A stretch of DNA of 64,000 nt from assembly GCF_009914755.1 (NCBI RefSeq), contig NC_060942.1; one strand, written 5' to 3'. Both the position numbers and the translations under genes were made by a program. The stretch's first letter is position 1; each line of letters opens with the position of its first letter. This document shows positions 48,800 through 63,420 of this stretch, one piece after another. Source of the stretch: the human T2T-CHM13v2.0 reference genome, Homo sapiens. The notes under the pieces were generated by a model. That model worked only from the letters and a program-made list of their open reading frames with translations. It was not told where the DNA came from and searched no databases.

Positions 48800-49745
48800 T
48801 ATAAAAAACCAACTGTAAAAAAGAGCTTTTTTATACAATCATGAAAATTTGAATGAAGACTGATAAAAAAGATATTAAGAAATAATTATTAATTTGCTAA
48901 AAATGATAATGGAATTGGAGTTACAGTTTTTAAAATTCCATGTGAAGTATGTATTACTAAATAAGATAATATCTGGGGTTTGCTATAACATATATAAGCA
49001 AGACAAGTTTGGGGGAGACAGATGAAACTAGATTGGCAAAATATCATTGTTGAAGTTGGATGATGAGTATATGGAATTCATTATATTTGTCTCTCTACTT
49101 TTGTGTATATGTAAAAAGTTTCTTGAAAATGATAAGAGCCGGTCATATTACGGCAGTACACTATTCCCATAATGGCCCAGGTGCCCCACCTCTTCCTGGT
49201 AGGGTGGAGCCAGAAGAGGCTGAGTGAGAAGCCAGGACTTTTACCACCTCCCAGGGATAGTGAGCCCCTCCTCTCCCTCAGTGTCAGTGGAGGGCATGCA
49301 GACACCAGTAATGAGGGGCCCCTACCCCCTGCCAGCCAGGCGGTGCCAGCAGAAGCCTGATGTGGAGCCTGCCCCCCATCCACCCCAGGAGTAACAAAGC
49401 ACCCCCACAAGTGTCACTAAAGGCTGTGGGGGAGCTGGACTTTCACCCTCACTTGGCAGTTACAGGCAAGGCCCCTTCCCCTTGGCGATGTGAAACCAGA
49501 GGAGCCCTAAATCAGGAGATTTAAATAAGATCCAGAGTCTCATAATATCCAAAATGTCCAAGATGTAAATGAAAATCACTCATCATACCAAGAACAAGGA
49601 AAATCTCAATTTGAATGAGAAAAGACAATCAACAGAGATGACACAGACGTTGAAATCATCTGATGAGAATCTTAAAGCAGCCATCATAAAAAGGCTTCGA
49701 AGAGCAATTATGAATACACTTGAGACAAATGAAAAAAATAAGTCT
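48800..49745 (+). mobile_element. Old L1M fragments (3' end about 48800-49135; 5' UTR and ORF1 start about 49160-49745)
   Basis: ttgttgaagttggatgatgagtatatgg...ctctctacttttgtgtat; later gaaaatcactcatcataccaagaac...aaagcagccatcataaaaa. Confidence 0.65.
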
Positions 49746-50282
49746 CAAATAATATGTACAAACACAGCAGGTTTCAAAAATGAGCTTGCAGAAAATTACT
49801 GTCTTCCACATTGTTCATATTGAGAAACCACGTGTCTCAGAGTCGAGAGGTTTGAATTAACGTTGGTCCACAGCTGGTCTGGTGCATCACTATCCCTGGG
49901 GTCCCAGCTATTTTAACACATCACATATTTCCCAAAACTCAGGCTACATTTCAGCAATTCCACAGCCTACTGCATCACTGAATGTTTTTCCAGCCTGCTT
50001 CCTGAAAAGGAGGTTTAGGATTACAGCATATCATTTAGGTAACAATGTTGTATCCCAAGACTAGCTCCCAAAGGCTAAGATTTCACAAATTTCAAAATTT
50101 CTTCTGAAATTTCATCATCCTTCTACCTTCTCAGGAGTTGTAAACTTGGAAAAAAACTTATTATAAAAGGTCAGTTGGAACACACTCTAGGGAGTTAACA
50201 AAAATGAATTGTTGTGCTAATATTCCAACCATTTAGGAAAACTTCTGAATGCCTCTTATCAGTGTAACATCCATCAAAACAA

Positions 50283-50499
50283 GGTGGACACCTGGGTGCT
50301 CTGCAGCCATCCGAGGCGGCTCTGTGAAGACCTTGGCCTTGGGGTGGTTGGGCCAGCTGCAGTGGAACATGAGCAGGGCCAGTCCCATGCCATGGGAAAG
50401 AAGAGGCTTCTGCCTATAAAAGAGGCCTTTCAGCTGGCCCAGCCACCCCACCAGAACCAGGCAAAGCTGCTAGTGGCATTAAGCTGCATCTACCACACA
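50283..50499 (+). pseudogene. NCAPG: Pseudogene fragment of NCAPG (condensin I subunit G): putative 5' UTR plus first 36 codons
   Basis: gccATGg at 50392 starts MGKKRLLPIKEAFQLAQPPHQNQAKLLVALSCIYHT versus recalled human NCAPG MGAERRLLSIKEAFRLAQQPHQNQAKLVVALSRTYRT; R>Q, R>C and R>H changes fit CpG decay. The symbol is that of the parent gene; the upstream UTR extent is inferred from GC-richness. Confidence 0.88.
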
Positions 50500-50811
50500 A
50501 AATGCAACAAGAAAACACACTCCTTCTCTCGGCCGCATCCAGTACTGTTCCTCACAGTCAGCTACAGCTATCACATATTTCATTTTGTGGATATATTAAA
50601 TACCTAGGTTTATATGGTCAATCCCCTATTGGTGGACACTTCTACTTGTGTGGTTTCTAGTCTTTGGATATTAGGAAAAAATGCTTCAATGAAAACATGT
50701 TATTTAGTTTTTTACCTTCTTCTGTAAAGTATTCTGGAAATTTTGTCATTTTTTATTAGTATTCGTAGTAGGTGTATCATTTAAAAATTTGCTGGACTGA
50801 AAGCCTTAAAA

Positions 50812-51617
50812 AAGATAAAAGTGTGGGCAAGGATGTGGCGAAAAGGGAACCCTTGAACACTGTTGGTGGGAATGTGAATTAGCACAGCCACTGTGGAAAA
50901 CAGTATGGAGGGTTCCTCAGAAAATTAAAACTTGAACTACCATAGGATCCAGCAATCTCACTACCAGATATATATCCAAAGGGAATGAAATCAGTATGTG
51001 GAAAAGATATCCACATTCCCACATTTATTGCAGCATTATTGACAACAGCCAAGATATGGAATCAACTTATGTGTCTATTAGCTGATGAATGAATTTTTAA
51101 AATGTAGTATATATACAATGGGATACTATTTAGCCTTTAAAAAGAACAAAATTCTGTCATTTGTAACAACATGGATGAACTTGAAAGACATTATGTTAAG
51201 TGTAACAAGCCAGGCAGAGAAAGACAAAAGCCACATGATGTCATTTGTATGTGGACTCTAAAAAAGCTGACCTCATAGAAATAGAGAGCAGAATGGTGGT
51301 TATGAGAGACTAGGTTGGGGGTGGATGGAGATGTTGGCCAAAGGATACAGAATTTCAATTAGATTGGAGAAATAAGTTTGAGAGATCTATTATACAACAT
51401 AGTGACCATAGTTAATAACAATTGCACACATGAAAAGCGCTAAGAGAATACATTTTGTCTTCTCATCACAAAAAAAAGTGAAGTTATGCATATGTTAAAT
51501 AGCTTGATTTAGCCATTCCACAATGTATACATACATCAAAACATTGTTATACACCATAAATATGCACAATCTTAACTTGTCAATTCAAATAAATAAAATT
51601 TAAAATCAAAAAAGAAA
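50812..51617 (+). mobile_element. L1MA-type 3' fragment
   Basis: ggcaaggatgtgg..aaagggaaccc, ORF2 end, L1MA 3' UTR and A-tail; TSD gaaagccttaaaa on both sides. Confidence 0.88.
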
Positions 51618-51679
51618 GAAAGCCTTAAAAGCTTATATAATTTAGAGGAAACAAAAAAACAGAACGAGTTTTAAAATAT

Positions 51680-52735
51680 AGTGTTTCCTGAGAAAGGGGT
51701 GAGTTGAACAGGCAAGGAGGGGCCTGCTCTCATGATGGACCTCCAGAATCCCAGCTGCAGGAGACCCAAAGACTCCCATGGACACTTGAGCTGGTAGGGA
51801 GAGCTGCTTAGAAAGGGGGTAGGGGCAGGACTCCAGTCTATGTGGCACCCAGAGGGTTTGGCATAGAAACAGCTACAGTGGAGCATGGCTGGGGATGCCC
51901 ATCTCCCAAAACTCTCCATGCTCCTTTAGGTGGCCTTGGCCTTTAATGAGTGCCAGACCTGAATAGAGCAAGGTGGTCTTGCCCATGAGATGAGGGCCAG
52001 TCCAATCTGAGCAACCCCTATCTGCTGGTCTCTTCTGGGGCCCCAGCTTGCTGCACCCATTTGCAGCACAGCCTCTGATGCCCAACCAGGGTAACTACCA
52101 GGGGCCATCATCATAGCTCCTTTACTAGCAGACCACACCTGACCTTAGGAGAGATCTAGCACACCAGCCCCCACTGCGGAGCAACCACCCACCCACAGCC
52201 TATTCAATAAATGGTGCTGGGATAACTGGCTAGCCATATGCAGAAGACTGAAACCCCTAAAAACAAACCTCCGTGGGAAGCAGTGCCAAGGTAGGGAAAC
52301 CTGAACATCACTGATGAGTGGCTGGAGGCCCAGAGCCAACGAGCCCCAGAGATTAAAAACTGGGGGGCACTCAGTCATCAGGGCCTCCGTGCTTTTGTGA
52401 ATTTGCCTCCAGGAGCAGGACCAGTTTCTCACAGTGAATACTGGAGGAAAATCTCCTCATACTTCCTGCAGGAAGAAGGGAAAAGGAAACATTTTTAAAG
52501 ATGCCAGAGCACTCAGTTCTTAATAAGGTCCACCCCTCAGGAGAAACCGTTTAACAGAGCTTAACAGACCTGAGGGAAGAGAAATAATCCAACTCCAGCC
52601 AGCTCTGCCTTCCATGTGGAAGAAGGGAAATACCCAACTCTAGTCCACTCCAGCCATTGTATCCCACCTAAGTGGTGGGAAGAACTGAGAAACATGTGTG
52701 AAGTTCACAGTCCAGAAGTATAGGCCAAAAAAACA
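51680..52735 (+). mobile_element. Mosaic of old L1 pieces (5' UTR-like, short ORF2 piece at 52197-52255, second 5' UTR-like)
   Basis: gcctattcaataaatggtgctgggataactggctagccatatgcagaag is L1 ORF2; the flanks resemble old L1P/L1M 5' regions. Confidence 0.55.
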
Positions 52736-53107
52736 AATAAACAAAGAAAACCCAGTTCTGGTTCCAAAATGGTGGTGTATTGATGAGAGTGTTAAATTTC
52801 TAATTTTTAAGACTCTTAGGCAACTATGGGTTTCTTTTGTTTTCGTTTTTTATTCATTTGAACACTTTTCAAGTTTTTCAAAACTAGTCAATTTGAATTT
52901 TGACAGCTATTCAATGTGTTATCTCCAAGTTAAGAAAAGTTGTTTTCCATACCTCCCTATTCCTAGGATGCAAGTTTTTCATTCTGGTAACTATACCAAG
53001 GAGTAATTATAAAATTGAGTTCTTTTACCATATTTTGTATTCCGGACCACTTACTGGTAAATGTAAACAAGCAAAAGAAATTAACTCAGATAATATGACC
53101 CTGCTAA

Positions 53108-53492
<385 letters not shown>

Positions 53493-53754
53493 TTCGTTCC
53501 TATTTTTCTATAGTTACGAATGCTACATAGATGTGACTACTCTTTAACATCAGAAAAGAATACACAGAGTAAGAGTCTTCCAGCCAAAACAATACATTAA
53601 ATACTGATGGAATCAAGTATTTTGTATAAAGTTTTCATTTGTTTTCTCTAACTCTATGCTTTTTGTTTTGTATGTAGTATGTATTTCATATGCATACACT
53701 TTTTGTATAGAGTAATCAAGTTGGATAATTTGTTGGTAAAAATAATACCATATT

Positions 53755-54032
53755 GGCTGGGCGTGGTGGCTCACACCTGTAATCCCAGCACTTTGAGAGG
53801 CCAAGGCAGGCAGTTCACTTGAGGTCAGCCCTCAAGACCAGCCTGGGAAACATGGTAAAAACCCATCTCTACTAAAAATAGTGGTGGCACACACCTGTAA
53901 TCCCAGCTACTCAGGAGGCTGAGGCCAGAGAATCACTTGAACCCAGGAGGCAGATGTTGCAGTGAGCTGAGATGGCGCCCCTGAACTCCAGCCTGGGTGA
54001 CAGAGGAAGATTCCCTCTCAAAAAAAAAAAAA
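53755..54032 (+). mobile_element. AluS-type SINE with a deletion at the linker/right-monomer start
   Basis: ctactaaaaata joined directly to gtggtggcac; poly(A) tail. Confidence 0.92.
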
Positions 54033-54372
54033 GTCACATTGAATGATATTGCTATAGACACAGCTTGAGGTTTATATCTATTTTTGCTCATTTTCTAAGA
54101 ATATATCTAAAACAAACATTAAAACACTCTACATCTTTCTAAGTCAGTTCTTGGAACCGAAATGTGGAGTCTATATTTAGGAACCAACAGGCAAAGGAAA
54201 ACTCTAAAGCACAAAAATGACATTCTAAAGATGCAGGTTTCATTTCTGTTTTAAATGCTTCACATTACTATTCCTCTCTCTCTTTTAGTGTAAAAACTAA
54301 GGTTGGGAGTGATGTTGTCAAGTTCAAAGAAAGGCCTGAAGGTCATTGATGGATTGAGGTAGATAGCCAGGT

Positions 54373-54458
54373 GTGGGTTTTTTTGTTTGGTTTGGTTTTG
54401 GGTTTATTTTTAGCCTGTTGCCCAGGCTAGAGTGAAGTAGTGCAATCACAGTTCACTG
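54373..54458 (-). mobile_element. Extremely 5'-truncated Alu (J-like)
   Basis: ctgttgcccaggctagagtgaagtagtgcaatcacagttcactg plus degenerate T/G tail, flanked by agat(a/t)gccaggt. Confidence 0.75.
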
Positions 54459-54682
54459 AGATTGCCAGGTTTGATAAATAGGAATCTGTAGGATGGTGAT
54501 CTAGAGCAGACTTGACTCTATTTTACCTGGAAAAGTTTCTAAAACTCTAAACTAGTTAACTTTGACTAAGCATAAAACACACTGCACTGGTGTTTATATT
54601 TTTCATGCCACAATATTAAAATATAATTTTAAATGTACATTATTATAATCCATAAAAGATTTGCATACATGTATTAGGCTTC

Positions 54683-55064
54683 CGATATGATTTGGCTCTG
54701 TGTCCCCACCCAAATCTCATGTTGAATTGTAATCCCTAATGTTGGGGGAAGGACCTGGTAGAAGGTGATTCGATCATGGGGACAGATATCCCCTTGCTGT
54801 TCTCACGATAGTGAGTGAGTTCTCACAAGATCTGGTTGTTTTAAAGTGTGTAGCACTTCCCCCTTCTCTCTCTTCCTCCTGCTCCCACAATGTAAGGTGT
54901 GCTGGCTTCCCCTTCGCCTTTTGCTATGATTATGAGATTGCTGAGGCTTCTCCAGCCATGCCTCCTGTACAGCCTGCAGAACTGTGAGTCAATTAAACCT
55001 CTTTTCTTTATAAGTCACCAGTCTCAGGTAGTTCTTTATAGCGGTGTGAGAACAGACTAATACA
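54683..55064 (+). mobile_element. THE1D/MSTA-type MaLR solo LTR
   Basis: gatatgatttggctctgtgtccccacccaaatctcat...caattaaacctcttttc...gactaataca; 5-bp TSD gcttc / gcttt. Confidence 0.92.
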
Positions 55065-55149
55065 GCTTTTAAGTCTTTACTGGAAATTATGCAAATAGTG
55101 GTTGTAAAAAGACTGTTTTAAATAGTTTTTTACTGTTCTAGTTTTCAGT

Positions 55150-56015
55150 TTTTATAGAATATTATAATATTCTATTATAATAGAACATTATAATTAATAG
55201 AACTATTTATAATTCACTATATAGTGAATTATAATTATATATATAATTCACTATATAGTGAATTATAATTATATATATAATTCACTATATAGTGAATTAT
55301 AATTATATATAATTCACTATATAGTGAATTATAATTATATATATAATTCACTATATAGTGAATTATAATTATATATATAATTCACTATATAGTGAATTAT
55401 AATTATATATATAATTCACTATATAGTGAATTATAATTATATATATAATTCACTATATAGTGAATTATAATTATATTTATAATATATTTATAAATAGAAC
55501 AATTTATAATTCACTATATAGTGAATTATAATTATATTTATAATATAATATATTTATAAATAGTTATATAATTATATATAATTATAAATATAAAATTTAT
55601 ATATATAATTATATATAATTATATATAATATATATTACCATGTATATATATATTTATTTTTATATATTATTATAATAATATATAATATATATTATATATT
55701 ATTATAATATATAATATATTATATATATTATATAATATAATATATAATATAAAATAAAATATAATATATAATATATAATATATATAATACATATAATATA
55801 TAAAATATATATTGTATATATTTATAAATATATATATTATATTTATAATTATATATATAAATATATATTATTTTTATAAATATATATAAATATATATTAT
55901 ATTTATGAATATATTTATAATTATGTTTATAATTATATAATTATAATCATATAATTATATTTATAATTATATAATTATAAAATTATAAAAATTCACTATT
56001 TATAATTGTGAATTT
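55150..56015. repeat. AT-rich low-complexity region containing a 34-bp palindromic minisatellite
   Basis: cactatatagtg cores start at 55215, 55249, 55283, 55315, 55349, 55383, 55417, 55451 and 55512, followed by about 450 bp of nearly pure A/T. Confidence 0.95.
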
Positions 56016-56067
56016 TTCCATGTGGGTATAGGTATAGTGTAAATTGTAGTAATATAATAAAACACAT

Positions 56068-56224
56068 CAATTGTGTTTATGTTTGCCTTTCATTTATGTG
56101 TAGCATAAACCATCTTCCTATATATGTGTTGCCAAACTATTCGCCAATTGTGTTTATGTTTGCCTTTCATTTATGTGTAGCATAAACCATCTTCCTATAT
56201 ATGTGTTGCCAAACTATTCGCCAA
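56068..56224. repeat. Perfect 77-bp tandem duplication
   Basis: caattgtgtttatg...aaactattcgc at 56068 and 56145, then a further caa. Confidence 0.95.
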
Positions 56225-58768
56225 CATCTATTTGGTGAAATATGCTGAAAATCATTCTGATTTTCCATAAGTATAGTTCTTAAGTTCCTTATATATCCAG
56301 AAGTAAACGCTATCCTGCTGTACATCAACTGTTCATTTGTTACTTATCTTCGTATTTCTTAAGAGATTCAAAGTCTTGTTCATTTTTCTGGGGGAAAAAT
56401 CCATTTTGGAGGGACCAGTTTTTGTTCTTTGTATTCTGTAATGTGAACTTTTCCTGTGTACCAACATTTTAAAAATAATTACTTCAAAGAATTATTGGCA
56501 CATAATCTAAAGACAGACACTATTTTTTTAAGTAAAATTTGATTTTTTTAAGGATCTTTGCACAGAATGAGTAGGCCTATGCTAATTCTTCAAACAGGAA
56601 ATGTAGTTTCCTTTCTAAGAATGGATGCAGATTCAGTTTCATGGTAATATGATAATAAGAAAATGCTTCTATTTTCCATTAGCACGTTCGTGGTTTCATA
56701 TACCCATGTCTATAAAACGTGACATGAGACTTTGGTTGGGCTATATTTTATTGTATTTATTAGACTTGCTTATATGAATGACTTAAGCAGAAATAAAGTC
56801 ATGTATTTACAAGGTGAACAAGCCAAATTGTGATGGCCTGTCTGTTGCTTTTGGCATCTGGGATGAGACCAACTGACTCTTCCATTGGTTGTGAGATAGT
56901 TGAAATGGTCCATTGGTGGTCGTACTTAGTGTTCTGTGAAATCAGGGAGTCCTTCCACCCCAAGAATGACTCATCTGCCATTGGATTCCAGTACAAAAGT
57001 TAGCAGCCTTGTGTGTCCCAAATTGATTTAATTTCTACTTAACGTGCTCCTGTGTACATTCATTTTATAATTTACCAAAATAGTATTTGGGTAAATAATG
57101 ACTCCTGGAGCAAGCTGATGTAATTGCTGCTTTGGCCATTGTTTTAAATGTATGTATTAGAGTAACTGTAAGAGACTAAAATCACAAATCTCAGTGTTCA
57201 AAATATCATTCTAATAAAATACATGCATTAAACACTTTTTTAAAATTTTAAAACAAAATGGTGGTATAGAAGCAAGTTGGCTTCACTCTCCCCAACAAAG
57301 AAACAAAAATGAATACACAGTGATGAGATTATCACCAATATTATCCCAGAACTCAAATACAAGAATGAGACAATTACTGGGGCCATTCAGATGTGAAAAT
57401 ACTCCAAGCAGACAGTAAAAGAATGAGACTTCAATATCCATGATACCCCTCCCTCAGTGTACCCAGCACCAAGCATACAGAAATTTTTTACTCCAAATCA
57501 TAGTTTCTACACTAGAAAATGTGAGATCGAGGTTAACAACCAACTTTCCCACCATCTTGGGTTCCCTGGCAGGATACCCTGCCTCAACCCACAATAAACA
57601 CCAGCAGTGCCTGAAGGGAAAAATATTCCTGAAGATAGCCAGAGACAAAAGGGAGAAGTGAAACTACCTTCCCAGCCCTGGAAATGCTGCTCTGTAACTC
57701 ATGCAAAGGAGATGACAAATCAGAGTGGCTGTTCAGCAGCACCACACTGTAGGAGGTTCATTCCACAAGTCCCCTGGGCACAAACACCTAGCCAGCCTTC
57801 CCACACTACTAGGAAATCCCGTTTTGGAACACTCCCATTTGGGACAGATGGCACTCTGATCATTTACTAGAACCAAAGCAAAACTGAGCTTAACATGTCA
57901 TCTAGTCCCAAAAACGAGGCAGCAACATAGTGGTGGGGGCAGGGAGAAACAAAATCAACAGATAAATTATGAAGAATCTCTAAGCAAACACATCCAGTAA
58001 AAATCAAACAAGCCAGACAGAGAAGCGTGAATTAAATAATTAATTCTTCAACGCAAAGACATAAACATACATCTACAAACAACAGCAGAGAACCATGACT
58101 GCCTCAAACCAACAACACAAGGCACCACTGACTGACCCAAACAAGACAGCAATATGTAAACTTTCTGAACTATAATTCAAAATAGCAGTTTTTTTCAAAA
58201 ACTTAATGACCTCCAAGATAACACAGAAAAGCAATTCAGAAATGTATCAAAGAGACTGAAATAATGTTTTAAAATCAAGCAGAAATCTTGGAACTGAGCT
58301 ATATGTTAGCTGAACTAAAACATTCATTAGAGGCTATCAACAGTAGAATGGATAAACCTAAGCTCACTAGAGCAAGAACTAGCAAGCTCAAAGACAGGAT
58401 ATTTGAAAATACACAGTCATAGAAGGAAAAAGAAAAAAGAATGAAAAGAAATGAAGAATGCCTATAAGATATAGAAAATTACCTCAAAATACCAAATCTA
58501 AGAATCACTGGTGTTCAAGAGGGATCTGAGAAAGAACAAGGGGTAGAAAGATGATTCAAAGAAATCATAACAGAAAACTTTTCAAACTTAAGAAAAAGAT
58601 AAATGTCCAAGTACAGGAAGGTCAGAGAACACCAAAAAGATTAGACCTAACTAAGACTACCCCAAGGCATATAATAATCAAACGCTCAAAAGCCAATGAC
58701 AAAGAGAGAATCCTAAAAGCTGCAAGAGAAAGTAAATTCATATAAAGGAGCTCTAACTCGTCTAGCAA

Positions 58769-59952
<1,184 letters not shown>

Positions 59953-61236
59953 TAATGGTGTGACATTTCCAAAGTATTGAGAGGAAAAAAACTACCATCC
60001 AAGAACACTTTGTCCAGCAAAGCTGTCCTTCAAATATATAAAGAGAGAGAGATTAAAGTCCCAGACAAACAAAAAACTAAGATAATTTACCACCACCAGA
60101 TCCAGCTTACAAGATGCTAAGGGGAGCTCTTCAAACTGAAAGAAAAGAACCACTAATGTGCAAAAAGAAACATTTGAAAATATAAAACTCACTAGTAAAA
60201 TTAAGTACATGAACAAACAAAAAAAATCTAATACTGTAACTGTGATGCGCAATCCATTCATAACTCTAGTATGAAGCCCAACAGACAAATTTATCAAAAA
60301 CAATAATAGCTATACTGGCCTATTAGGAGATAAGTCATATAACAATATGTAAATTGAGACAACATAAAGTTAAAATGTGGGGAAAGTAGAATTAAAGGGT
60401 AGAGGTTTTTTTCTTCGTTTTTCTTTGTAATCTAAGATAAGTAGTCTTTAAAATAACTTGTTATATCTATAAGAAGTTTTTTGTAAGCCTCACGATAACC
60501 ACTATGATTTTAAAAAACCTATAATAGATTTACTAAAAATAAAAAAGCAATGAATTCAAACACACTACCAAAGAGAATCACTTAACCACAAAGGAGGACA
60601 GGAACAAAGAAAGAGAAGAGTTACAAGACAACCAGAAAACAAGTTTTGAAAAATGGCAGTAGTAAGTCCTTACATATCAGTAATAACACTGAATGTAAAT
60701 GGACTCAATTGTTCAGTTAAAAGGCACACGGTGGCTGAATGGATAAAGAAAAAGACCCAATTACATACTGCTTATTTTAACTACATAAAAATCCACTTTC
60801 ATTATACAGACACAGACTGAAAGTTAAGTGGTGGAAAATGATATTTCATGCAACTGGAAACCAAAAGAGAGCAGGAATCACTATACTTATATCAGATAAA
60901 ATAGATTAAAAATCAAAGACTATAAGAAGTGGCAAAGAAGGTCACTATATAATGATATAGGGATTAATTCAGCAAGAAGCTATAATAATTATAAGTGTCT
61001 ATGCACTCAACACCAGAGGTCCCAAGTATAAGAAGCAAACCTTAATAGATCTAAACCTACTAATATTGTATTAGACTGTAATACAATATTAGTAGGGGAC
61101 TTCAACACCCTACTCTCAGTAATGGACAGATCATCCAGACAGAAAATCAACAAAGAAACTACACACTAAACCAAATAGGCCTAAATGACATTTACAGAAC
61201 ATTTCAACCAACAGTTGTAGAACATATTCTTTTCAT

Positions 61237-61303
61237 CAACACATGGAATATTCCCCCAACACATGGAATATTCCCCCCAACACATGGAATATTCCCCCCA
61301 ACA
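61237..61303. repeat. Three-copy 20-21 bp tandem repeat within the old L1
   Basis: caacacatggaatattcccc(c) repeated three times. Confidence 0.9.
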
Positions 61304-62057
61304 GATTATATCTTAGGCCACAAAACAATCAAGTATCTCTTCTGACTACAGTGGAATAAAACTAGAGATCAATGACAAAAGAAACCTCAGAAAATACATA
61401 AACACATGGAAATTAAACATTTTCCTGAATGAACAATAGGTCAATGAAGAAATTAAGACGAAAATTAAAACATTTCTTGAAACAAATGGAAATAGATATA
61501 CAACATACCAAAATCTATGGAATACAGCAAAAGCAGTACTACAAGGAAAGTTTATAGCAAAAATGCTCCATATCCAAAAGGTAGAAAGACTTCAAATAAA
61601 TGACCTAATGATGCACCTCAAGGAACTAAAAAAGCAAGAACAAACCAAACCCAAAATTAGTAAAGGAACTAAATAATAAAGATCAAAACATAAATAAATG
61701 AAACAAAAAAATAGAAGACCAACAAAATGAAAAGTTGGTTTTCTGAAAAGATGAACAAAATCAACAAACCTTTAACTAGACTAACCAAGAAAAAGAGAGA
61801 GAAGACTCAAATAGAATTAGAAACAGAGAAGGATGCATAACAACTGAGACCACACAAATACAAAGAATCGTTAGAGACTATTATGAACAACTATACACCA
61901 ATGAATTAGAAAACCTAGAGGAAATTGATAAATTTCTGGAAACATGCAACCTACCAAGATTGAAATATGAAGAAATAGAAAACTTTAATAAACTTGTAAC
62001 AAGTAACAAGATTCAAGTCACACTAAAAGGTCTCCCATCAAAGAACAGCCCAAGCCC

Positions 62058-62352
62058 TAGGCACGGTGGCTCACGTGTATACTCCTAGTACTTTGGGAAG
62101 CTAAGGCAGATGGACTGCTTGAAGCCAGGTATTTGAGACCAGCCTGGGAAACACAGCAAGACCTCATCTCCACAAAAGTTTTAAAATTGTTTTAAAGGTG
62201 TAGTGGCACACCCCTGTACTCCAAGCTACTCCAGAAGCTGAGGCAGGAGGACAGCTTGAGTCCAGGAGTTTGAGGTTGTAGTGAGCTATGATCATATCAC
62301 TGCACTCTAGCCTGGGCAACAGAGTGACATCTTGTCTAAAAAACTAAAATAA
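62058..62352 (+). mobile_element. AluJ-like SINE in old L1 ORF2
   Basis: Diverged dimer with J-type gcttgagtccaggagtttgaggttgtagtgagctatgatc; TSD-like aa(c/a)agccca. Confidence 0.88.
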
Positions 62353-63420
62353 AAGCCCAGCACCTGACGGCTTTACTTAAAGAATTAATGCAAAGTCTAC
62401 TCAAACTCTTTTAAAAAATATGAAAAGGAGAGAATACTTCCAAACTCATTGGACAAGCCAGCATCACCTTGATACCAAAACCAGAAATGGACACAACAAC
62501 AACAACAACAACAAAACCACAGGCTAATGTCACTGATTAACATAGATGCAAAGCTCCTCAACAATATACTAGCAAACTGAATTCCACAGCACATTAAAAA
62601 GATCATTCACCATGATCAAGTGGGATTTAATCCCAAGGATGCAAAAAATGATTCAACATATGCAACAAATGTGATACATCACATAAAACCAATAAGAAAG
62701 GTTATATGGTCATTTCAATAGATGCTGGAAAGACATTTGGTGAAATTCAAAATTCTTTTATGATAAAAACCCTCAACAAATTGGATATAGAAGAAACATA
62801 CCTCAACATAATAAATGCCATATATGACAAACCCAAAGCTAATATCATATGAATGGGAGAAAATTGAAAGTCTTTGGTTTAAGATCTGGAACAAGACAAG
62901 GATGATCACTTTCACCATTTATTCAACATAATACTGGAAGTCCTGGCCAGAGCAATTAGTCAAGAGAAAGAAATAAAAGGCATCCAAATTGGAAAGGAAG
63001 AAGTCAAAGTAGCTCGTTTGCAGACAATATAATCTTATACTTAGAAAACTCCTAAGATTTCACCAAAAAACAGTTAGAACTGATACATTCAGTGAAGTTG
63101 CAGGATACAAAATCAACATACAAAAATTAGTAGCATTTCTATACATTAATAATGAACTAGCTAATCAAGAACACAATCCCATTTATAATAGCTACAAAGA
63201 ATACAATTACTTAAGAATCCATTTAATCAAAGAAATGAAAGATCTATACAAGAAAAACTATAAAACCCTGATGAAAAAATAGAAGAGGACACAAAAAAAT
63301 GGAAAGGTATTCTATTCTCCTGAATTGGAAGAATATTGTTAAAATGACAATACTACCCGAAGCAATTTACAGATTCAATGCAATCCCTATAAAAAGACCA
63401 ATGACAGAAACAATCAGTCT

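Noticed and set aside
55205-55530. CRISPR-like array of palindromic repeats
   Set aside because: Spacers are identical AT tracts rather than unique sequences, there are no cas genes, and the DNA is human.
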